Source of the DNA: Alkalilimnicola ehrlichii MLHE-1
GTDB taxonomy: Bacteria > Pseudomonadota > Gammaproteobacteria > Nitrococcales > Halorhodospiraceae
NCBI RefSeq assembly: GCF_000014785.1
Contig: NC_008340.1
Coordinates: 2,130,001-2,162,000, forward strand
Direction: 5' to 3'
Length of the DNA: 32,000 bases
Part shown: piece after piece, positions 19,603-28,378 of the stretch
Layout of the letters: each line of letters starts with the position of its first letter
Position numbering within the stretch: the first letter of the stretch is position 1
Translations under genes and position numbers: made by a program
Notes under the pieces: model-generated
Told to the model about the DNA's origin: nothing
What the model saw: only the letters and a program-made list of their open reading frames with translations
Database searches by the model: none

Positions 19603-20310
19603 ATGAAGCAACACCCCTGGATCATCGCCCACCGCGGTGATGTTGAGCGGCATACAGAGAACACACTGCCCGCCTTCCGCTCGGCCCTGGAACGCGGCGC
19701 AGATGGCATTGAGCTGGACGTGCAATTCACCGCCGAGGGCACGCCGGTAGTCTTTCACGACCGGGACCTCCGGCGGATCACCGGGCAGCGGGGTAATCTG
19801 GCGGACCTGGAGGATAAGGCGCTGGACACCCTGGGCCTGCGCCCGGGACCGGATCAGGCCGGCTTTCACCTGCCCACCCTGCGGGAGGCCTGCGAGTGCC
19901 TCGCCCACGCCCGAGTCCCGCTCTTCGTCGAGATCAAGACCGACGCACTGCCCCATCATCAGGTTCCCACGGCCGTGGCCGATGTCCTCCGGGACAGCGA
20001 GGCCATCGCCAGTCATCGGGTGCTTATCAGCTTCAGCGAGGCCGCCCTGCGGATCGCCCGATCGCATGCGCGGGTGCCCGTCGGCTGGGTGCTGGAGGCA
20101 TGGGACATCGCCAGTCGCGAGCGAGCCGAGGCGCTGCAACCCGACTGGTTGTTTTGTGACACCGCGCTGCTGCCGCCGGGCACGGCGCCGCTTTGGGCGG
20201 GCCCCTGGGACTGGGCCATCTATGAAATCAACGAAACCGGGCCCGCAGGGGCGCTGGCCCGGCGTGGTGTGAAGGCAATCGAGACGGGAAGGCTTTCTGT
20301 CTGGCGGTGA
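19603..20310 (+). CDS. glycerophosphodiester phosphodiesterase family protein (GDPD/UgpQ-like)
   Basis: IIAHRGDVERHTENTLPAFRSALERGADGIELDVQFTAEGTPVVFHD is the GDPD catalytic signature. ATG at 19603 follows CAGGAGAGAG. The track's upstream extension to 19351 overlaps tgpA. Confidence 0.85.
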   Translation: MKQHPWIIAHRGDVERHTENTLPAFRSALERGADGIELDVQFTAEGTPVVFHDRDLRRITGQRGNLADLEDKALDTLGLRPGPDQAGFHLPTLREACECLAHARVPLFVEIKTDALPHHQVPTAVADVLRDSEAIASHRVLISFSEAALRIARSHARVPVGWVLEAWDIASRERAEALQPDWLFCDTALLPPGTAPLWAGPWDWAIYEINETGPAGALARRGVKAIETGRLSVWR

Positions 20311-20313
20311 GGC

Positions 20314-20357
20314 GCGAGGGAAAACAACACCCCTCGCCGCCGGGGCGCCCCCGGCGG
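20314..20357. terminator. two adjacent GC-rich hairpins in the convergent GDPD/iscR spacer (candidate terminators without U-tracts)
   Basis: GCGAGGG (20314-20320) pairs with CCCTCGC (20331-20337) across a 10-nt loop. CCGCCGGGG (20337-20345) pairs with CCCCGGCGG (20349-20357) across a 3-nt loop. No T-run follows either hairpin. Confidence 0.3.
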
Positions 20358-20381
20358 ACCGGTCCCCGGCCGCTCCCCTGG

Positions 20382-20858
20382 TCAGCCGCGCGCGGTCCGG
20401 CGCCGGTCGGCCAGCGGCTGCTCGGCCAGACCCTGGCGCTCGGCAACCCGACGAACCGCCGGCTCCTGGGCCAACTGCGCCAGGGTAATGCCGTTCAGGA
20501 AGTCGTAGATCTGGCGGCTCAGGTCCATCCACAGATCATGGGTCAGGCAGCGCTCACCCTCCTGGCAATCACCCCGCCCCTTGCAGCGTGTGGCATCCAC
20601 GTTCTCGTCCACGGCCGTAATGATATCGGCAATGGTGATCTGATCCGCGGGCTGGGCCAGGCGATAACCGCCGCCGGGCCCCCGCACCCCGGACACCAGC
20701 GAGTGCTTGCGCAGCCGGGCAAAGAGCTGCTCCAGATAGGACAAGGAGATCCCCTGTGACTCGGAGATGTCCGCCAGAGTGACTGGCCCCTGCCCCTCGT
20801 GGAGGGCAAGATCCATCATGGCTGTGACCGCGTAGCGGCCCTTGGTCGATAGTTTCAT
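20382..20858 (-). CDS. iscR: Rrf2-family [2Fe-2S] transcriptional regulator IscR
   Basis: The protein starts [18 protein letters not shown] and carries the wHTH segment [15 protein letters not shown] and GPGGGY. The ligand pattern C-x5-C-x5-C-x2-H is intact ([17 protein letters not shown]). ATG at 20858 follows GGGAAGG. Confidence 0.9.
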   Translation of the reverse strand: MKLSTKGRYAVTAMMDLALHEGQGPVTLADISESQGISLSYLEQLFARLRKHSLVSGVRGPGGGYRLAQPADQITIADIITAVDENVDATRCKGRGDCQEGERCLTHDLWMDLSRQIYDFLNGITLAQLAQEPAVRRVAERQGLAEQPLADRRRTARG

Positions 20859-20904
20859 CCCAACCTTCCCGTAAGACTCATCCAGGGCAAAAAACCTTTC
20901 GCCT

Positions 20905-20933
20905 TTTATAGGCACTAAACCCACTTTCGTCAA
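20905..20933 (-). promoter_or_regulatory. sigma70-type promoter for iscR (TTGACG-N17-TATAAA), overlapping a possible IscR half-site
   Basis: The minus strand reads CTTGACGAAAGTGGGTTTAGTGCCTATAAAAGG. The -35 is at 20928-20933 and the -10 at 20905-20910, in the only AT-rich patch upstream of iscR. The flanking ATACCCC...TAGTGCCTAT loosely resembles a type-1 IscR site. Confidence 0.5.
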
Positions 20934-20971
20934 GGGGTATTGGTTATAAATACGGTTTAAACGTACAAGGC

Positions 20972-21412
20972 TCAAACGACTGGGGAATCGAAACGGTGCC
21001 CCTCGCCGAGACAAAACCGCAGCCAGCGGTTCAGGAACCGGTTGGCACGCCAGCGCCACGCCAGCGACGGCCCTTGGTCGCGGGCCTTGCCGCGCCGCCC
21101 CCGGCCCACCACCTCGGCGACCCGGGCGTCGTAATAGATGCGCACCCGCAGGGCGGGCAGCGCCTCGGGCCCCAGTGCCGCCCCGCCCGCGAACTGGTGA
21201 GTCAGAAAGTAGGTGCGGGTATAGGGGGTGGACTCGAGCAACTCGGCGTGCAGCGCCGCGCCCCGGGCCATCGGGCTGACCCGACAGAGGCCGTGCTCGG
21301 CCTCAGGCAGCAGCCGCCGGAGGAAGAGATAGTTCGACTCGTACAGCTCCATCAGGCCGCTGAAACTGGGCCCGGCCCGCTGACGGTCCAACGCTGGCGA
21401 CAAGTGCATCAT
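20972..21412 (-). CDS. DUF1249 family protein (YqiB-like)
   Basis: [30 protein letters not shown] and [17 protein letters not shown] parallel E. coli YqiB (LCEMNFSQLRRLLP, TVRLYHDAMVAEV, INQFLADWLRYCLAHG) as I recall it. The start is uncertain: ATG at 21412 or 21409, or GTG at 21466. Confidence 0.78.
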   Translation of the reverse strand: MMHLSPALDRQRAGPSFSGLMELYESNYLFLRRLLPEAEHGLCRVSPMARGAALHAELLESTPYTRTYFLTHQFAGGAALGPEALPALRVRIYYDARVAEVVGRGRRGKARDQGPSLAWRWRANRFLNRWLRFCLGEGHRFDSPVV

Positions 21413-21499
21413 GGGGCCCGATCTTACCACAGGGGTGGCACCTCGGCGGCGGACGAATGGGCGCACGAACCGGACCGGACTGGAAAACGGGCGACAGTT

Positions 21500-22324
21500 C
21501 TAATAAAGTCGCCGCTCCAATTTGGCCTCGTGGATGATTTTGGTGGCGATCTCCTCGATGGACATGGTGGTGGTGTTCACATAGGGAATGCCTTCGCTGC
21601 GGAACAGGGCCTCCGCGCGCGCCACCTCGTAGCTGCACTGGCGCAGGGAGGCGTAATCGCTGTTGGGCAGCCGCCCGGAGCGGATTGTCTGCAGCCGGTC
21701 GACGTTGATGGTCAGCCCGTACAGCTTGCGCTTGTGCTCCACCAGCTTCCGCGGCAGCTTGCCGCGGTTGAGATCATCCTGGGTCAGCGGGTAGTTGGCG
21801 GCGTAAATGCCGTACTGCAGCGCCAGATAGATACAGGTCGGGGTCTTGCCGCTGCGCGAGACCGCCGTGAGGATGACGTCGGCCCGGGAGTAGTGATGGG
21901 TCACTGCCCCGTCGTCGTGGTTGAGCGCATAGTTCATGGCGTCAATCCGGACGTCATACATGTTATTATCCACGACCCCGTGGGACCGCCCAATGACGTG
22001 GCTGGAGGGCATACGCAATTCCTGCTCCAGCGGGGCGATGAAGGTGTCGAAAAAGTCGAACAGCACGGCGTCCGTGGTCTGCAATACCCGGCGGACCTCG
22101 GCATCGACAACTGTGGAGAACACAATGGGCCGCAAGCCGGAGCGCTGGCTGGCGACGTTCAGTTGTTCCACCACCTGGGCGGCCTTCTCCTCGGTATCGA
22201 CGAAGGGGATGGTCCGCTGTTCGAAGTCAATAGAGAACTGGGTCAACAGGCTGTGACCCAAGGCTTCGGCCGTGATGCCGGTGCGGTCGGAGATGAAATA
22301 GACGCTACGTCTGGCTTCGGTCAT
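21500..22324 (-). CDS. ppsR: PEP synthase regulatory protein (bifunctional kinase/pyrophosphorylase, DUF299)
   Basis: 274 aa. VYFISDRTGITAE and the P-loop-like AVSRSGKTPT are present. It is divergent from ppsA, as in enterobacteria. Confidence 0.93.
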   Translation of the reverse strand: MTEARRSVYFISDRTGITAEALGHSLLTQFSIDFEQRTIPFVDTEEKAAQVVEQLNVASQRSGLRPIVFSTVVDAEVRRVLQTTDAVLFDFFDTFIAPLEQELRMPSSHVIGRSHGVVDNNMYDVRIDAMNYALNHDDGAVTHHYSRADVILTAVSRSGKTPTCIYLALQYGIYAANYPLTQDDLNRGKLPRKLVEHKRKLYGLTINVDRLQTIRSGRLPNSDYASLRQCSYEVARAEALFRSEGIPYVNTTTMSIEEIATKIIHEAKLERRLY

Positions 22325-22444
22325 TGACGATGCGGGCTCCGCTGGACTGGGCGGCTGACTGGATGCCCATGCATGCTAGCGGAATTGCCGGCACCGTGCA
22401 CAGCAACCCGTAGGCAATCGCGAAATATCAAGGGGGACGCAACC

Positions 22445-24820
22445 TTGCAAGAGTATGTGGTCAACTTCGACACCCTGGGGATGGGGGATGTGGATCGCGT
22501 AGGGGGGAAGAACGCCTCCCTGGGCGAGATGATCAGCCACCTGTCCGCAGCGGGCGTGAGCGTGCCGGGGGGCTTTGCCACCACCGCGAAGGCCTACTGG
22601 GATTTCCTGGACGAGAGCGGCCTGCGCGAGCGTATCAACGGCCTGCTCGAGCCCCTGGATATCGAAGACGTGGACGCCCTGGTCCGCACCGGCGCCGAGA
22701 TCCGCCAGCTGATCATCGACACGCCCTTCCCGGCGGCCTTGGAACAGGCTATCACCGAGGCCTACCAGAAGCTGGAGGCCGAGACCCCGGGCGAGGCCTC
22801 CTTCGCCGTACGCTCCTCCGCCACCGCCGAGGACCTGCCGGACGCCTCCTTCGCCGGGCAGCAGGAGACCTTCCTGAACGTGCGCGGGCTGGACGGCATC
22901 ATGGAGGCGGTCAAGCACGTCTTCGCCTCCCTGTTCAACGACCGCGCCATCTCTTACCGGGTGCACCACGGTTTTGAGCACAGCCAGGTGGCGCTCTCCG
23001 CCGGGATCCAGCGCATGGTGCGCTCCGACATCGGCGCCGCCGGCGTGATATTCACCATGGACACCGAATCGGGCTTCCGCGACGTGGTCTTCATCACCTC
23101 GTCCTACGGCCTGGGTGAGACGGTGGTCCAGGGCGCGGTCAACCCGGATGAGTTCTACGTCCACAAGCCCACGCTGGAGGCCGGCCGCCCGGCCGTACTG
23201 CGCCGCAACCTCGGCAGCAAGGCCATCAAGATGGTCTACTCCGGCGACCAGACCCACGGCAAGACGGTCGCGACCGTAGACGTGGACGAGGCCGAACGCC
23301 TGCAGTACTCGCTGACCGACGACGAGGTGCAGGACCTGGCCCGCCAGGCAATGATCATTGAAAAGCACTACGACCGGCCCATGGACATCGAGTGGGGCAA
23401 GGACGGCCAGGACGGCAAGCTCTACATCCTGCAGGCCCGCCCGGAGACGGTGAAGAGCCGTGACGCCGGCCAGACCCTGGAGCGCTTCCACCTCAAGGCC
23501 CGGGGCGATGTGCTCTCCACCGGCCGTGCCATCGGCCAGCGCATCGGCGCCGGACCGGCCCGGGTGGTCGACAGTATCAACGACATGAACAAGGTCAAGG
23601 CCGGTGACGTGCTGGTCACCGACATGACTGACCCGGACTGGGAGCCCATCATGAAGCGGGCCTCCGCCATCGTCACCAATCGCGGCGGCCGCACCTGTCA
23701 CGCGGCCATCATCGCCCGCGAGTTGGGGATCCCGGCGGTGGTGGGCACCGGTGACGGCACCGAGCGTATCAAGGACGGCCACGAGGTGACCGTCTCCTGC
23801 GCTGAGGGCGACACCGGCTACATCTATGCCGGCAAGCAGGACTACGAGGTCCGCAAGATCGCCCTGGACAAGCTGCCCGAGCTCCCCTTCAAGATCATGA
23901 TGAACGTGGGCAACCCGGACCGCGCCTTCGACTTCGCCAGCCTGCCCAACGCCGGCATCGGCCTGGCGCGGCTGGAGTTCATCATCAACCGGATGATCGG
24001 CATCCACCCCAAGGCGCTGCTGGAGTTCGACCAGCAGGACGAGAACCTAAAGCAGGTGATCCGCACCCAGGCGGCCGGCTACAGCGATCCGGTCCAGTTT
24101 TACGTGGACAAGCTGGCCGAGGGCATCTCCACCCTGGCCGCCGCCTTCACGCCGAAGCCGGTGATCGTGCGGCTGTCCGACTTCAAGTCCAACGAGTACG
24201 CCAACCTGATCGGCGGCGCGCAGTACGAGCCCGACGAGGAGAACCCCATGCTGGGCTTCCGCGGCGCCTCACGCTATACCGCCGACAGCTTCCGCGACTG
24301 CTTCGCCCTGGAGTGCAAGGCGCTGAAGAAGGTCCGTGACGAGATGGGCCTAGACAACGTCTGGGTCATGGTGCCCTTCGTGCGCACCGTCGAGGAAGGC
24401 AAAGGGGTGCTGGCGGAACTGGAGAAAAACGGCTTGAAAAAGGGCGAGAATGGGCTCAAGGTCATCATGATGTGTGAGCTGCCGTCCAACGCCCTGCTGG
24501 CCGACGAGTTCCTGGAGCACTTCGACGGTTATTCCATCGGCTCCAACGACCTCACCCAGCTCACCCTGGGCCTGGACCGCGACTCCAGCCTGATCGCCGA
24601 GCTGTTCGATGAGCGCGACGAAGCGGTCAAGAAACTGCTCTCCATGGCCATCCAGAGCGCCCGCCGGGCCGGCAAGTACGTGGGCATCTGCGGCCAGGGG
24701 CCGTCCGACCACCCCGACCTCGCCCGCTGGCTGATGGACGAGGGTATCGAAAGTGTCTCTTTAAACCCCGATTCGGTGGTGGAGACCTGGCTCTACCTGG
24801 CTGGGGAACAGGCCCAATAG
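22445..24820 (+). CDS. ppsA: phosphoenolpyruvate synthase (pyruvate, water dikinase)
   Basis: [18 protein letters not shown], the phosphohistidine region [21 protein letters not shown], and a C-terminal PEP-utilising domain are present. I prefer TTG at 22445, 7 nt after AAGGGGGA. That gives 791 aa, compared with about 792 aa in E. coli. The track ATG at 22373 adds an unconserved extension. Confidence 0.96.
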   Translation: MQEYVVNFDTLGMGDVDRVGGKNASLGEMISHLSAAGVSVPGGFATTAKAYWDFLDESGLRERINGLLEPLDIEDVDALVRTGAEIRQLIIDTPFPAALEQAITEAYQKLEAETPGEASFAVRSSATAEDLPDASFAGQQETFLNVRGLDGIMEAVKHVFASLFNDRAISYRVHHGFEHSQVALSAGIQRMVRSDIGAAGVIFTMDTESGFRDVVFITSSYGLGETVVQGAVNPDEFYVHKPTLEAGRPAVLRRNLGSKAIKMVYSGDQTHGKTVATVDVDEAERLQYSLTDDEVQDLARQAMIIEKHYDRPMDIEWGKDGQDGKLYILQARPETVKSRDAGQTLERFHLKARGDVLSTGRAIGQRIGAGPARVVDSINDMNKVKAGDVLVTDMTDPDWEPIMKRASAIVTNRGGRTCHAAIIARELGIPAVVGTGDGTERIKDGHEVTVSCAEGDTGYIYAGKQDYEVRKIALDKLPELPFKIMMNVGNPDRAFDFASLPNAGIGLARLEFIINRMIGIHPKALLEFDQQDENLKQVIRTQAAGYSDPVQFYVDKLAEGISTLAAAFTPKPVIVRLSDFKSNEYANLIGGAQYEPDEENPMLGFRGASRYTADSFRDCFALECKALKKVRDEMGLDNVWVMVPFVRTVEEGKGVLAELEKNGLKKGENGLKVIMMCELPSNALLADEFLEHFDGYSIGSNDLTQLTLGLDRDSSLIAELFDERDEAVKKLLSMAIQSARRAGKYVGICGQGPSDHPDLARWLMDEGIESVSLNPDSVVETWLYLAGEQAQ

Positions 24821-24847
24821 GCTGCCTCCGGCAAGAGCCGACCTGAG

Positions 24848-24878
24848 AGGGCGCCCCAAAAGGGCGCCCTTTCTTTTT
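24848..24878. terminator. intrinsic terminator between convergent ppsA and porin genes
   Basis: A 9-bp stem, AGGGCGCCC (24848-24856) with GGGCGCCCT (24862-24870), has a 5-nt loop. It is followed by TTCTTTTT on the plus strand, and an A-run precedes it for the minus-strand transcript. Confidence 0.75.
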
Positions 24879-24887
24879 CTCAGCCGG

Positions 24888-25937
24888 TCAGAAGTCGATC
24901 CGTAACCCCACAGAGACGCCATAGGGGTCTTCACCCGGGGTATCCATCTCCGGGTCGGCGGAACGGGACTGGCGGTAGGGGGTCAGATCCCCTTCGTCAT
25001 CGTTGTCCAGCCACGCCAGGCGCAGATAGACCCGCACGCTGTCCGCCAGGAAGCGCTCGGCACCCAGCGCGTACATCGTCGCGTCCAGGTCATCGCCATC
25101 CCTCGCGTCCACCGTGTAGACCTGCGCCAGAAGCCGGTTCACCCCGAAGGCATAGGTCACAGAGCCACCCAGGGCCCAGCTGTCCGGATCACGCGTGGAC
25201 TGGTAAAGACCGGTCAGCCGCCAGTCGCCAAGCCCCTGGCTGGCCGCCACCCGCCAGATGGTCGGTGTCTCACCGGCCCGGTAACGCTCATAGCCGAGTC
25301 CCACCCAGGTCGCGTCCCGCTCATAGTCGAGCATCGCGCTCCAGGCCTCGTCATCGTTATCGCTGGCGCTGCCGTCACCTTCCGCGTCGGCGGAGTAATG
25401 CAACTGCGCACCCAGTCCCTGGTAGCGGGGGGTGGTGTAGTTGAGGGAATTCTTCAGACGGCGGTCAAAGTTCACCCGCAGGTCCCGGTCATCATAGGCG
25501 GCCGTGTTCAGGCGCAGGATGTTTCGGGCGTCCCCCACGCTGTCGCTGAACGGGTCCACGTTGCTGCGCATGCGCTTTACCGGCGTGTCAATCCGACCGG
25601 CGCGCAGCAGCCCCCAGGGGCCCTCCAGGCCCGCGAAGGTGTTGCGCAAGGTCAGCTCATCGCTGCTGTCATCCTCGTTCAGCGCCGCCTGTATCTCCAC
25701 CTGGTAGACGGCGCGCAGGCGGTCATCATCCAACAGCACTTGGCCGCGCAAACCCAAGCGACTGGAGTTGTCCGAGAGGTGGCGCGAGGTGCCATCGCCG
25801 TTGTTCAGCACGTCGGCCGAGAGGTGCAGCCGCCCGTAGAGCTCAGGCCAGTCCAGCGGCTGCGCCACGGCGGGTAACGCCACCAGCAGCGACAGGCCGC
25901 CGACAGCCACGAAGCGAATCCCCGATTGCCTAATCAA
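24888..25937 (-). CDS. outer-membrane general porin (Gram-negative porin family)
   Basis: The signal peptide is MIRQSGIRFVAVGGLSLLVALPAVA|QP. LYGRLHLS and SSRLGLRG are N-terminal porin motifs, the Tyr/Gly/Asp composition is beta-strand-rich, and the protein ends in a C-terminal Phe (LRIDF). The TTG start at 25937 lies 8 nt after AAGGAG. Confidence 0.8.
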   Translation of the reverse strand: MIRQSGIRFVAVGGLSLLVALPAVAQPLDWPELYGRLHLSADVLNNGDGTSRHLSDNSSRLGLRGQVLLDDDRLRAVYQVEIQAALNEDDSSDELTLRNTFAGLEGPWGLLRAGRIDTPVKRMRSNVDPFSDSVGDARNILRLNTAAYDDRDLRVNFDRRLKNSLNYTTPRYQGLGAQLHYSADAEGDGSASDNDDEAWSAMLDYERDATWVGLGYERYRAGETPTIWRVAASQGLGDWRLTGLYQSTRDPDSWALGGSVTYAFGVNRLLAQVYTVDARDGDDLDATMYALGAERFLADSVRVYLRLAWLDNDDEGDLTPYRQSRSADPEMDTPGEDPYGVSVGLRIDF

Positions 25938-26002
25938 AACGTCATCTCCTTCTCTCCTTTACTGATCTTCCGGAAGGGGGCGCCCTATCTCAGCCCCCCG
26001 GA

Positions 26003-28195
26003 TCAGTCGATCAAATCCAGGCGCAGTCGCCCCTCCGCCTCCCATTGGCGCAGGCGTTCACGCGCTTCGGGTGGAGCGAGACCCCGTTGCTCGACCAACA
26101 CTCCAGTCAACGCCTCCCGCAACCCCCGGCCCAGGGTGCTCGCCTTGCCACAGGCGTAAAGCAGGGCATCGCGCCGCTCCAGCCAGTCCAGCAGCTCCGC
26201 CCCGGCCTCACGGATGCAGTCCGAGACGTAGCGCCCGTCATCCGCATCCCGCGAGAAGGCAGTATCGAGCCGATACAGGTGCCCCTCCTCCAGGCAGCGC
26301 TGCAGGCGCTCCCGGTAGAAGAAGTCCCCCGCCCGTTTTCGATTGCCGAAGAGCAGCCAGGCCGGCCCGGTACGGGGACGGTGAGCCTGTTCGGCCAGAA
26401 ATCCCATAAACGGGGCGATGCCGCAACCCGCAGCCACCATGATCATTGGCCGGTCCGGCGACTCCGGCGGATGGAAGTGGGGATGACGGCGCAGGGTCAT
26501 ATCCAGCGGGGTCCCCACCGGCAGCTGCCGGCAGAGCAGTCCCGAGGCCTCGCCCGGGGTCCCGTCGTCCCGGGTCACCACGGCGACGGTCAACATCAGC
26601 CGCCGTGGGTCCGTCAACGGGGTACTGCCGATGGAGTAGGGACGGGCCGGCGCGCCCGGCGCGGGTCGCACCAGCAGCAAATCCCCGGGCCGGTAGTCCA
26701 GCGGCTCCGCGCACTCGAATACCAAGCTCCAGACTTCATTGGTATCGGGATCGGCCGGATCATTGAGCTGTTGGCGTTGCGCCAGGGTCAGCCGGACCGG
26801 TTGGTCGCCGCCGTCCGGCGCCTCCAGCTCGCCGAGGTCAGTACCGACAGCCCGGCCCACCCGGTCCATCCAGCCCCGCCACGGGCCGGCCGGATCACCA
26901 TCCACCTTGACCAAGGGCAGGACCTCCTCCGCCCCGGAAGTCAGCAGGCGCTGACGCAACCGCTCGCCCGCCGCGCAGAATTGCCGGTAGGACGAGTCGC
27001 CCAGGGCCAACACGGCGAACCTGGCGCCACTCAACCGGCTGCCCGGGAGGGCATCGACAAAGCGGCGCGCGGCGTCAGGCACTTCGCCGTCACCGGTGGT
27101 GGAGATGATCAGCAGGACCTGCCGGAAACCCGGCAGCTCTTCCGGCCGAACCCCCGCCAGGGAGGCCTCCAGCACCCGCTCGCCGCCATCGCGTAGCGCC
27201 TTTGCCGTGGCCCGGGCCCAGCGTGCCGCGGTGCCCGTCTGGCTGCCGTAGGCCACCAGGATGTCGGCGGCGGGATCACCCTCGCGGCGCCGCGCCTGCC
27301 ACTGCCGCCGCAGCCAGACCCAGGTCCCGCTCAGCAGCAGAAAGCCCAGCGCCAATGCGGCTATGCCGTTCAGTGCACCGGAGATGGCACCTGCCCACGT
27401 CCCCTGGTGCAGTGACTGGACCAGCCCGGGGTAGGCGGTGACCCGGGCCACTTCTCCCGGCGTCACCACGTAGGTCACCCGGTTGCCGGTGGCGTCCGCC
27501 CCCTGCAAGGCCACCGAAACCTGGGCAAAGCGCTCGGCTTCGTAAACGGCGACCAGGTCTCCCTGCTGTGCGGCACGCGCGATAGCGGCCGGGAGCGTCA
27601 CTTGGGGCTGGTCACGGTCGAATTCCGGCAGCGCCGGGGTGCCCCATTGCAACGCCAGCAGGGCGCCGGTGGCCGTGACCAGAAAAATCAGTGGCAGGGT
27701 CAACCAGCCCAGCCCGGTGTGCCAGTCACTCAAGGTGTTGCGCAGCCGCGGCCAGGCCAGCCACGGCCCGGTCACGACGATAATCAGCAGGGCGTAGGTC
27801 ACCCACTCCACCAACCCGTCCAGACCCAGTAGAAGGTCCTTGTGCAGGTGACGCACGGTGCGGAAGAAGGACTCACCTGTGGCCCGCTCCACACCGGCCT
27901 CTCCGGTGGTGAGGTCGAAGGGCACCACCCGGCGCTCACCGCGCTGGCTGAAGGTAAGCACCAGTACCCGGTCCGCCTCGAACCGCAACGCCCTCGCCCG
28001 CTGCCGCTGATCCAATCGGTCCAGCCAGGTCAGCGTCTCCGGGACCGCCACGGGCACGTCGGCATCGGGGCCGGCCACCCAGTCCTCGACCACCGGCTGC
28101 ACCGCCAGCAGGCCGCCGGACACAATCAGCACCAGCAGCAGGGGAGCCAGCCCGATACTGAGCCACCGATGTAGCCACAACAGCCTCCGCTTCAA
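26003..28195 (-). CDS. PepSY-associated TM domain fused to flavodoxin and FAD/NAD(P)-binding reductase (CysJ / cytochrome P450 reductase-like flavoprotein)
   Basis: 730 aa. The N-terminal ~300 aa begin WLHRWLSIGLAPLLL and contain about 4 TM segments (PepSY_TM-like). This is followed by flavodoxin (ILVAYGSQTGTA), an FAD site (RPYSIGS) and an NAD(P) site (MVAAGCGIAPFMGF). The start is TTG at 28195. Confidence 0.85.
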   Translation of the reverse strand: MKRRLLWLHRWLSIGLAPLLLVLIVSGGLLAVQPVVEDWVAGPDADVPVAVPETLTWLDRLDQRQRARALRFEADRVLVLTFSQRGERRVVPFDLTTGEAGVERATGESFFRTVRHLHKDLLLGLDGLVEWVTYALLIIVVTGPWLAWPRLRNTLSDWHTGLGWLTLPLIFLVTATGALLALQWGTPALPEFDRDQPQVTLPAAIARAAQQGDLVAVYEAERFAQVSVALQGADATGNRVTYVVTPGEVARVTAYPGLVQSLHQGTWAGAISGALNGIAALALGFLLLSGTWVWLRRQWQARRREGDPAADILVAYGSQTGTAARWARATAKALRDGGERVLEASLAGVRPEELPGFRQVLLIISTTGDGEVPDAARRFVDALPGSRLSGARFAVLALGDSSYRQFCAAGERLRQRLLTSGAEEVLPLVKVDGDPAGPWRGWMDRVGRAVGTDLGELEAPDGGDQPVRLTLAQRQQLNDPADPDTNEVWSLVFECAEPLDYRPGDLLLVRPAPGAPARPYSIGSTPLTDPRRLMLTVAVVTRDDGTPGEASGLLCRQLPVGTPLDMTLRRHPHFHPPESPDRPMIMVAAGCGIAPFMGFLAEQAHRPRTGPAWLLFGNRKRAGDFFYRERLQRCLEEGHLYRLDTAFSRDADDGRYVSDCIREAGAELLDWLERRDALLYACGKASTLGRGLREALTGVLVEQRGLAPPEARERLRQWEAEGRLRLDLID

Positions 28196-28378
28196 GGTTC
28201 CACCCCCTACCCGCTACCCAGGCCAAAATCCCGCCCTCGATATGGCAGCGGTTCAGGCGTCCAGCCTACCTTTTCCGCGCCAAGAGGGCGTTGATACAGC
28301 GCAACCAGCAGCGTGCGGCACACGGGGTCGGTCTTTCAGCGCCGCCCAGGGCAGGCGGTGTGAGCGATGCGGGCGGCC

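Noticed and set aside
20859-21059. Upstream extension of the iscR ORF (track start 21059)
   Set aside because: It would run through the AT-rich promoter and overlap the DUF1249 3' end. Rrf2 proteins start at the [10 protein letters not shown] helix.
22373-22444. ATG at 22373 as the ppsA start
   Set aside because: It would add 24 unconserved, Arg-rich residues and leave only 48 nt for two divergent promoters. It also has no SD. TTG at 22445 has AAGGGGGA upstream and gives the expected length. The question is still not settled without N-terminal data.
25938-26002. Hairpin or palindrome (CTTCCGGAAG; GGGGGC...GCCCCC) between the reductase and the porin as a terminator
   Set aside because: The palindrome is too short to fold, the second stem is interrupted, and no U-tract follows. 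It cannot be used to decide whether the two genes form an operon.
28196-28378. Fur box or other iron-responsive operator upstream of the PepSY reductase
   Set aside because: The spacer is GC-rich, with no GATAATGATAATCATTATC-like AT-rich 19-mer visible.
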